NCBI GenBank assembly: GCA_963664725.1
Contig: OY761558.1
Span: 2,156,414 to 2,220,413 of the forward strand
Length of the DNA: 64,000 nucleotides
Direction of reading: 5' to 3'
DNA from: Dehalococcoidia bacterium
GTDB taxonomy: Bacteria; Chloroflexota; Dehalococcoidia; Lucifugimonadales; UBA3495
Shown here in pieces: positions 57,050 through 64,000 of the stretch. The notes beneath the pieces are model-generated. The model was given only the letters and a program-made list of their open reading frames with translations, was not told the origin of the DNA and searched no databases. The position numbers and the translations under genes were made by a program. Position 1 is the first letter of the stretch, and each line of letters starts with the position of its first letter.

Positions 57050-58396
57050 ATGAGCGACGTTGAAATGCCTTCACGCGACTATTCAAACCACCCTGTCAGG
57101 TGCGTGGCTTTGAGAGGAGAGATGTTTCACAGAGTTCTTTCCGCCCAGGGCATGCAACTCGTCTCGAAGGCAGCCCATGCACTGAGGGTGAGCGACTGGA
57201 CGCCAGGATATCTCGACCCTGGGGGGCTCAGGTACGTTACGTCCATTGCGGTAGCGGGGCACTGGTTTGTAATAGTCGTATGCCTGGTCGAACTGGTGTA
57301 CCGTCCCTACTACGGGCTTCCCAGATTCGCGATTTATGCCCTGCTCCTGTTGACCCTGATCGGGCTCAACGGCTACATACACTACCGTCTCCGCACCAAC
57401 CGGCCGATTGCCTGGCACTGGCTCATGGCTCTCTGTACGCTGGACCTGGTCCTGATTTCAGCCGGGATAGCCATAAGCAACGGCTTCAGCCATCCCTTCT
57501 TCCACTTGTTCTACTACCCTGCCCTGGCGGCATTAGCGTCGATGTTCTCGTCTTTCAGGCTCAGTATGGTCCTGGTGACGCTGGTTGCGGCGATTTACAC
57601 CGTGATAAGCCTGACTGCGGGGGACGGGCTGGATTTGGGATCGAGAGATGAAAAGGACCTGCTGGCCAGAATAGCGGTAATGTATCTGGTAGTTATGGTG
57701 GTGAACTTTGCCACCAACTTCGAGCGCCTGCGGTGGAGGCAGGCGCAGGAGCGGGAGCGGGCCCTGGAGCGGGAGCGCGTCGAACTGGCCCAGGCCCTGC
57801 AGCGTGAGAGAATCGAACTGTCCCAGAATATCCACGACACCGCAGCCCAGTCGGCGTACATGATAGGCTTGGGCATCGACACGGCCAGGGAGCTTGCCGG
57901 AGAGGAGAAACCAGAGCTTGCCGCCACCCTTGAAGCGACGTCACGGCTGTCCAAGTCCACCATCTGGGAGCTGAGGCATCCCATAAACATGGGAAGCATC
58001 TACGAGGGCAGGGAATTGGGCCGGGCCCTGCGGTCCCACGCCACCAGCTTTACCAACGTCACCACTGTGACCGCCGAGATGGGGCAGACGGGAGTCGAGC
58101 CGCCCCTTTCCACAGAGACCAGGAGCGTATTGTTCTCGATAGCGCACAACGCGCTAACCAACGCTTACCGGCACGCGGAGGCGACCAGGGTATGCATTGG
58201 CCTGGATTTCAGCCCCGAAAACATCAGCCTTTCGGTGTCGGACGACGGGGTTGGGCTGCCCGCAGATTACGCGGAGCGGGGGCACGGCTTCAGGAACATG
58301 AGCATCGCCGCGGAGCGCCTGGGCGGGTATCTTGTCGTGGAAGAACAGGGCACGCTGGGCGGCGCCAGCGTAACCTGCGTGATACCGTCGGAGTGA
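57050..58396 (+). CDS. sensor histidine kinase, NarL-partner (HisKA_3) type, six-TM sensor without periplasmic domain
   Basis: H-box NIHDTAAQSAY, a coiled coil before it, and an HATPase region (NALTNAYRHA...DDGVGLP...GHGFRNM). About six closely spaced TM helices. The start codon is uncertain. Confidence 0.85.
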   Translation: MSDVEMPSRDYSNHPVRCVALRGEMFHRVLSAQGMQLVSKAAHALRVSDWTPGYLDPGGLRYVTSIAVAGHWFVIVVCLVELVYRPYYGLPRFAIYALLLLTLIGLNGYIHYRLRTNRPIAWHWLMALCTLDLVLISAGIAISNGFSHPFFHLFYYPALAALASMFSSFRLSMVLVTLVAAIYTVISLTAGDGLDLGSRDEKDLLARIAVMYLVVMVVNFATNFERLRWRQAQERERALERERVELAQALQRERIELSQNIHDTAAQSAYMIGLGIDTARELAGEEKPELAATLEATSRLSKSTIWELRHPINMGSIYEGRELGRALRSHATSFTNVTTVTAEMGQTGVEPPLSTETRSVLFSIAHNALTNAYRHAEATRVCIGLDFSPENISLSVSDDGVGLPADYAERGHGFRNMSIAAERLGGYLVVEEQGTLGGASVTCVIPSE

Positions 58397-58420
58397 TAGC
58401 AAATTGACAGGAGGAGGTTG

Positions 58421-59095
58421 ATGACAGCAGACTCACGCATAAGGGTGATGATCGTTGACGACCACTCCATCGTCAGGGTCGGCCTGCAACAGGTCCTGGA
58501 ACAGGCCGGGGATTTCGAGGTCGTGGGACATGCCTCGGACGGGGAAGAGGCGGTACGGGTGGCCGCTGAGGTGACGCCTGACGTGGTTATTATGGACGTA
58601 ATGATGCCAGGGAAGGACGGTGTGGAGGCCTGCCGGGAGATAATGGAGTCCCTGCCGGGGGTCCGCGTCATGATGCTGACCGCCTCGACTGAGGAGGACG
58701 CCGTGGTGGAGGCCGTGGCTGCCGGCGCCACCGGCTACCTCCAGAAGGAGACAGACCGGGAACGCCTGCTGTCCGCCGTGCGAGGCGTGGTCCGGGGCGA
58801 GCTTCTCTTGCCTGCCGACGTGGTCACCAGGACCTTTGCGGCCTTACGGGACGGCGCGGGGGCGGAAGATTCCACGGCTACGGCCGGCCTTACTCCCCGG
58901 GAGCGGGAGATACTCGTTGCCTTCTCCCGGGGCATGTCCTACGCCCAAATAGCCGAGATTCGGGAGGTCAAGGCGGTGACCATTCGCAACGCCATCTACG
59001 GGATTCAGCAAAAGTTGGAGGTCCGATCCATGCAGGGACTGGTGCTCTGGTGTGTGCGTAACGGCCTCCTGGACGACGATGTCGCGGGCGGGTAG
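58421..59095 (+). CDS. response regulator, NarL/LuxR family
   Basis: Receiver domain (VMIVDDH...DVVIMDVMMPGKDG...MLTA) and a LuxR HTH (LTPREREILVAFSRGMSYAQIAEIREVKAVTIRNAIYGIQQKL). AGGAGGAGG lies upstream. Confidence 0.9.
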   Translation: MTADSRIRVMIVDDHSIVRVGLQQVLEQAGDFEVVGHASDGEEAVRVAAEVTPDVVIMDVMMPGKDGVEACREIMESLPGVRVMMLTASTEEDAVVEAVAAGATGYLQKETDRERLLSAVRGVVRGELLLPADVVTRTFAALRDGAGAEDSTATAGLTPREREILVAFSRGMSYAQIAEIREVKAVTIRNAIYGIQQKLEVRSMQGLVLWCVRNGLLDDDVAGG

Positions 59096-59359
59096 TGGCG
59101 GACGGACTTCATTGACGCTGGGGGCTGCGTTGTCAGACGTAGCCCCCATGCGGTGTGTTGCTCTGAAGGCGCGCGGTTGCCCTTTCTGGAGTGGGCTGCC
59201 GGACCTTCGGAGTTCGCGGCTGTCTGCTTTGCTCTTAACGAATTAGACCCAGTCTGGCCGAAGTCAGCCCGTGCCGGGCCGGTGGGGAGGGCGCCCCAAC
59301 CCTGGGCCCGGCGGTGGAAATGCAACTCCAGCTTGTGGCCTATCTGTCCAGCTCCGGCC

Positions 59360-60628
59360 CTACTCGTTGTGAAACCAGCCCGAGCCGAAGGTCAGGCCGT
59401 CCCTGGAGATGGCCCAGATGCGCATCCTTCCCCCGTTGGTTATCCACCCGCCCTCCGCCGGCACCTCAAGAGCCTCGATGCCCAATACGTCGGTCAGGCT
59501 CTGGCCTATCATGGCGGGATTCTGGATGCCCACGATGGTGCCTGCTTCATCGGTGATAAACGCCGCCCATTGGCCCTCTTGGCTGGTGGCGCTGTTGTAG
59601 TATGCGACAGTGGCGGCCAGTCCTCCCGTAATGCTCTCCGGACTGTTGTAGTACCGCATAGTCTCGTGCAGACCGTTGGCCTGGTACCTTTCGACTGCGG
59701 AAAGCACGAGAGCCTTGGTGAATTTCTCCGCATCTATGTACCAGCCGGATAAGAAGAGCAGGTCGTCATGCCGTACCACCCAGGCGTTCTTGAGCTGCAG
59801 TTGGCCAAGATCTCCCACGAAGGGGTTGCCGGCTTCGGGATTGCGGTACACGTAGGAAACCCACTTCCCCTCCTCGGTGGCCGAGAGGATTTCCGGTCCA
59901 AACCGGTAACCGTTGACGTCGGTCCCCACCGGCCCGTTCAGGTCCAGCCCGCGCAGATTCTCGTTATAGTGCCCCAGGACGCTGCCCGAATCGTCTACGA
60001 CTATCATGTACCATTGCCCGTCTATGCTTTCCAGGCTATTGAAATAGTCCAGAGCGGCATCCCTACCTTCCAGCTCATACCTGCTGATGGCGCCGTTGAC
60101 AAAGAACCTGGTGTAGTCTGCAGGGGATGACCTGGTGGGCGCGGAAGCCACCACCGTTCTGGCTATCAACTCCGCCTGTTGAGCAGTAATGCCCCCTTCG
60201 GACTTGGGGGCGTCTCCCGCGGCCGCTCCAACAGCCTCTTCCACTTCCCGGGATATCATTCCCTCCTGGGATTGGCGGAAGTCAGCCATGGCCAGGCTTA
60301 TGGCATCATCCAGGTCCTGCCTGCTGAGTTCCGCCCGTGGCCCAGGAGCGTTTGCCGACTCTGCCCGAATTATCTCCTGGACGTCGGCTGCGGTTAGTTG
60401 CTCCCCTTCTGCGCTGGCCGCCTGCTCCAGGGACGCCTGCACCAAACCTTGAACCTCACCTGAAGTTACTGCAACCGGCGCAGAGGCAATCTCCTCTTGA
60501 ACTATGGCCTCAACTTCCGTCCGGGTGAGGCCGGCGCCGTTGTCCCCGCCTCCGCAGGCTGCCATTAAGAAGGACAGCAACAATATCCCGCTTGCCCCGA
60601 CGCCAATCACGAATTTCCTTCCTCTCAT
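59360..60628 (-). CDS. lipoprotein with two Cache-like (PDC) domains
   Basis: Lipobox FLMAACGGG. There are two copies of a Cache_2-like pattern (DGQWYMIVVDDSGSVLGHY...GKWVSYVYRNP...LFLSGWY and EGQWAAFITDEAGTIVGIQNP...GLTFGSGWF). GGGGGAG lies upstream of the ATG. Confidence 0.7.
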   Translation of the reverse strand: MRGRKFVIGVGASGILLLSFLMAACGGGDNGAGLTRTEVEAIVQEEIASAPVAVTSGEVQGLVQASLEQAASAEGEQLTAADVQEIIRAESANAPGPRAELSRQDLDDAISLAMADFRQSQEGMISREVEEAVGAAAGDAPKSEGGITAQQAELIARTVVASAPTRSSPADYTRFFVNGAISRYELEGRDAALDYFNSLESIDGQWYMIVVDDSGSVLGHYNENLRGLDLNGPVGTDVNGYRFGPEILSATEEGKWVSYVYRNPEAGNPFVGDLGQLQLKNAWVVRHDDLLFLSGWYIDAEKFTKALVLSAVERYQANGLHETMRYYNSPESITGGLAATVAYYNSATSQEGQWAAFITDEAGTIVGIQNPAMIGQSLTDVLGIEALEVPAEGGWITNGGRMRIWAISRDGLTFGSGWFHNE

Positions 60629-60651
60629 TAACTGCTCCCCCTGGTCAATTT

Positions 60652-60687
60652 GGGTCCCCGCAGCAGTTTTTCCTGCTGCGGGGACCC
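60652..60687. terminator. perfect 15-bp stem-loop between the giant gene and the Cache lipoprotein gene
   Basis: GGGTCCCCGCAGCAG, loop tttttc, then CTGCTGCGGGGACCC. No clear U tract follows on the minus (coding) strand. Confidence 0.5.
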
Positions 60688-60732
60688 TTAAGTAATCAAT
60701 CTCTCGCGGCTGAGCGCCCGTAACAGTGTGGG

Positions 60733-63700
60733 CTAAACACCGCCGTGCCCGTTAACAAAGTGGTCCGCATCGGGACCATACGCGCTGTGGGTCAACACGG
60801 CGTCATTGCCGGAGGCATCCTGGATGGAGCCGCCGTTCAGGGTCAGCTTGTTGGCCGCAATCGCCAGGCCGTCGCTGGCCGAGTCGCCCACGGCAACGGT
60901 GTATTCAAACACGACCCGGGCTCCGCCGCTGTTGCTGCTGCTGTAGCTGGCCTGCTGGTTGCTGCTGCCGGGGTCGGCAAACTCCAGCTCCAGCTGCGGC
61001 TCGCCGGTTACGGTGACATCCTCACTGAAGGTGACCGTGACCTGGATGGTGTCGCCGGTGGAGTAGGTGTCATCGTCGCCAGGGTCGCTGGTAACGGCGA
61101 TGGACGAGATGGTCGGCGCCACTGTGTCCGAACCGTCCACCTTGTGACCGGAGTTGGCTGCCAACGCGTCGTGGGTCAGCGTGGCGGCGTTGCCCGCGGC
61201 ATCCTGGATGGTTCCGCCGTTGAGGGTCAGCTTGTCGGCGCCGATGGCGATGCCGTCGGTATCGCTCTCGTCCGGCGCCACGGTGTAGCTGAAGACAACG
61301 GTAGAATCGTAGATGTCAGTGTTCGACTGGGTCGTCCTGTTTGAATCGAAGGGCCCGCCTGTGTGGCTGAAGTCTGCGGTCCTGGCCGTGCCGTCGAAGT
61401 CCAGCTCCAGCTGGGGAGTTCCAGTGACTGTGACGTCCTCGTTGAAGGTGACGGTGACCTCGATGGCGTCGCCCGGTCCGTAGGTGTCATCGTCACCCGG
61501 GTCGCTGGTGATGGCGATGGACGAGACCGTGGGCGGTGTGTTGTCCGAGGCGTCAACCATGTGCCCGGACTGGGATGGTATTGACTTAAGGGTCAGGTCC
61601 GCGTCGTTTTCCGACTCGTCCTGGATGGTGCCGCCGTTGAGGATTAGCGCGTTGTTGCCGATGGCGATGCCGTTGGCGTCGCTGTCGTTCAGGGCCACGG
61701 TGTAGGTGAACTTAAGCTCTGATGGATCCGCTACCTCTGTTCCAAAGGTGCTGACGTAGTCTGCCGTCTTGGCAGTGCCATCGAAGTCCAGTTCCAGTTG
61801 CGGCGTTCCGGTGACGATGACGTCCTCGCTGAAGAAAGCAACTGCCAGGACAACGTCCCCCTCACCATAGGTGTCGTCGTCGCCCGGGTCGCTGACGATG
61901 CGCACAGACGAGATGGTCGGCGCGGTGTCGTCCGGGGCGCTTACCAGGTGCTCCGGATGGTCCGGAATACCGTGGTGGGCCAGGAGGGCAGGGTTGCCCG
62001 CCTCGTCCGCAATGGTGGCTCCATCCGCAATGGTGACTCCACCCTCAATGGTGGCTTCATCAAGCATTAGGCTGCTTGCGATGATTGAGACTCCATCGTC
62101 GTCTTCGTCTCCCTCCTGAACCTGGTAGTAGAATCTGAGCCTTTGGCCTATGGTGAGCCCCCCGGGATCGGTAGGAACCGCCGGATTTGGGTGTACGGCC
62201 TGCCGGACCTTGCCTCCGATGTCCAGATCAATTCGCACTTCCCCCAGTACCACCACGGTCTCGTCGAAGTGCGCCTGGACAACGATCATTTCGCCGAAGA
62301 CGTATACGTCGTCACTGTTGGCTGGGCCGCCGGAAAAGGTGACGGCCCGTACCGTGGGCGGCGTCTCATCCCCATCCAGCAGAGAGCCGTCCACCTTGTG
62401 CTTAATGTCCTCATCCAGAGAATTGATTGCGCCGACAGGGTTGTGGTCATAGGCAACATCATCCTTGTTGGTGGCCGTGATTTCCAGGTTATCCGGCAGG
62501 TCAACGCTGATGCCATCGTCGTCGCTGTCGCGTTCATCGACTGAGTACCGGAATACCAGGACATTGGTGCCATTGCCCGAAGCGTATTCCGCCAGCTTCT
62601 CATTGAGATCTGTATCGAGGCCCAGAATCACATGGGCGAGATCACCGGCAGTGACGGGCTGCCCGAAGTCAACGCTGACCTCGATGTTTTCGTCCCGCCC
62701 GTAGGTGTAGGTATCGGCAACGGGCCTGGAGGATATGGACATCTCCTTGGGGTAGGGCCGGCCGTCAAGCTTGTGGCCTGACTGTGAGTCATACAGTCCG
62801 CTAAAACGCGGGTACACTTCGGTGTCCGTGCCCGCGATGGTTATGGTCCCGTCGCCTCCCAGACCGGTGGGTTCATCGGCTATACCGAGGTCCATTTCGA
62901 AAGTTGACGTGCCTTCCGTGGTTATGCCATCGGGATCCAGGTCGCGTGACCGGACGTCGTATGCAAACACCAGCGTGTTGGTGCCGGAACCCCGGTTGTA
63001 AGTCCCGGCCCTCCAGACGGTATCGCCATCGGGTCCCGACCACAGGTTGATATAGCGGCTGCCTTCGACGTCCAGCGCTGTGTTGAATGTCATGGAGACT
63101 TCGACGGTCTCCCCAAAGCGGTAGGTATCGCCGGTCTCCGGGCTGGAGGTGATTTCGACATTGGTGGCGAGGGGCGCCAGGCTGCCGTCCACCTTGTGGT
63201 TCTCATCGTCATCGAAGCCCTTGTAGGCCCGGTAGACCACCCGGTCCGACGAATGGTGTGTGATGGCGTCGTACCCGGGGAAGTTGTGCCACCGGTCCTC
63301 GCTGTCCTGGTAGCCGCCGGGCATCCTGATGCCGTCGGTGTCCACGTCATCCGCCTTAACGGTGTAGCCGAAGACCAGCACCCTGCTATCTGACCCACGC
63401 AGGTATTGCGCCTGCTTCCAGTCGTCTCCAACCCGCAGGCCAAGACGGGGATTGCCGCCCTCGGCCACCTCCACCCTGTTGCTGAAGGTGGCGGAGATCT
63501 CTATGACCTCTCCCACGCCGTAGGTGTTGCTCTCTCTGGCGGGTTCCGAGGTCACCTCCACCCTTCGGATGTTCGGATCGTCGTCGAGGATGGTGATCTC
63601 GCACTTATTGTCCCAGTCGGGATCGTTCAAATCGACGATGTCATCGTCAGGACCGAAGCGTGCGGTAAAGGTCTCGTCCTCCTCCAATTGGTTGTCGCTC

Positions 63701-64000
63701 CTCGTCCGGAAGACGCGCCTGTCCCGGTCGGCCGCCGCTTCGGCGTCGGTTGTCCAGACTTGGCCAGAGCTCTGGTGGACGTAGTCTGTCTCATCCGCCG
63801 TGCCGGCGTCGGTGTACCAGTTGGCCCAATACTTGGTGGTGTGCTTGTGGTTGGTCACCCGTACCAGGAAGACGTCCACATTCTCCCCTTCCCGGACCTC
63901 GGTGGTCGGGCAGTCCAGGTAATAGGTTGCGTCGTCCGCGGCCACGGGCTGGGGTTCAAACAGACCCCCTGCCCAGCCCAGCGCAATCAATGCTGACAGC
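60733..64000 (-). CDS. giant surface protein (5' end outside window): Calx-beta domain plus 8 or more tandem Ig-like modules
   Basis: The frame is still open at the window edge, with a signal-peptide-like ...LSALIALGWAGG. The Calx-beta pattern is YTDAGTADETDY...EEDETFTARF...CEITILDDD. Repeated modules of about 115-130 aa have the form TSDPGDDDTY..GD.I.VTVTF.EDVTVTG.PQLELDF...FxYTV...D.D.DGIAI....L.LNGGTIQD..GN.A.L.H.......HKVDG. Confidence 0.8.
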   Translation of the reverse strand, partial: LSALIALGWAGGLFEPQPVAADDATYYLDCPTTEVREGENVDVFLVRVTNHKHTTKYWANWYTDAGTADETDYVHQSSGQVWTTDAEAAADRDRRVFRTRSDNQLEEDETFTARFGPDDDIVDLNDPDWDNKCEITILDDDPNIRRVEVTSEPARESNTYGVGEVIEISATFSNRVEVAEGGNPRLGLRVGDDWKQAQYLRGSDSRVLVFGYTVKADDVDTDGIRMPGGYQDSEDRWHNFPGYDAITHHSSDRVVYRAYKGFDDDENHKVDGSLAPLATNVEITSSPETGDTYRFGETVEVSMTFNTALDVEGSRYINLWSGPDGDTVWRAGTYNRGSGTNTLVFAYDVRSRDLDPDGITTEGTSTFEMDLGIADEPTGLGGDGTITIAGTDTEVYPRFSGLYDSQSGHKLDGRPYPKEMSISSRPVADTYTYGRDENIEVSVDFGQPVTAGDLAHVILGLDTDLNEKLAEYASGNGTNVLVFRYSVDERDSDDDGISVDLPDNLEITATNKDDVAYDHNPVGAINSLDEDIKHKVDGSLLDGDETPPTVRAVTFSGGPANSDDVYVFGEMIVVQAHFDETVVVLGEVRIDLDIGGKVRQAVHPNPAVPTDPGGLTIGQRLRFYYQVQEGDEDDDGVSIIASSLMLDEATIEGGVTIADGATIADEAGNPALLAHHGIPDHPEHLVSAPDDTAPTISSVRIVSDPGDDDTYGEGDVVLAVAFFSEDVIVTGTPQLELDFDGTAKTADYVSTFGTEVADPSELKFTYTVALNDSDANGIAIGNNALILNGGTIQDESENDADLTLKSIPSQSGHMVDASDNTPPTVSSIAITSDPGDDDTYGPGDAIEVTVTFNEDVTVTGTPQLELDFDGTARTADFSHTGGPFDSNRTTQSNTDIYDSTVVFSYTVAPDESDTDGIAIGADKLTLNGGTIQDAAGNAATLTHDALAANSGHKVDGSDTVAPTISSIAVTSDPGDDDTYSTGDTIQVTVTFSEDVTVTGEPQLELEFADPGSSNQQASYSSSNSGGARVVFEYTVAVGDSASDGLAIAANKLTLNGGSIQDASGNDAVLTHSAYGPDADHFVNGHGGV

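Noticed and set aside
1-64000. CRISPR arrays, tRNA/tmRNA/rRNA genes as island integration targets
   Set aside because: There are no regularly spaced direct repeats, and I found no GGTTCGA(A/G)TCC-type T-arm with matching acceptor stems. The small hairpin CGAGGcttcCCTCG at about 19885-19900 has a 4-nt loop and no cloverleaf context.

Overview
High-GC bacterial chromosomal window. The gene content (LLM monooxygenase, SDR, GMC oxidoreductase, two DinB genes, a Rieske-oxygenase remnant, many Cys-Gly-Gly lipoproteins) looks like a Chloroflexota/SAR202-type genome, but that is inference only. I recognised no rRNA, tRNA, CRISPR array, reverse transcriptase, or intact transposase or integrase. The window has three parts. 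(1) 0-20 kb is accessory. A vWA / tandem-Nudix / CAP-domain gene trio is followed by about 16 kb (3.99-19.7 kb) in which five same-strand blocks of secreted or lipoprotein genes are each headed by a decayed fragment of one tyrosine-recombinase gene family. The cargo includes an MA-type peptidase fused to LRRs, an IPT-domain protein, a 685-aa lipoprotein and two paralogous RCC1-like propeller lipoproteins. (2) 20-47.8 kb is ordinary metabolism with several decayed genes. It holds 2-oxoacid dehydrogenase E1 alpha/beta (beta broken by a 7-bp slip), a succinate dehydrogenase/fumarate reductase plus two-subunit class I fumarase cluster, oxidoreductases, and a peptide ABC importer with aminopeptidase P. 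(3) 47.9-64 kb is a cell-surface locus. Three giant Calx-beta / Ig-like repeat proteins and two lipoproteins (one with tandem Cache domains) surround a NarL-type two-component system. Cross-links worth a second look: a 45-bp palindromic element occurs once in the island and once beside the two-component system, and a conserved Cys-pair C-terminal domain (ending CWNQ[IV]VW) is shared by an island protein and a giant surface protein.
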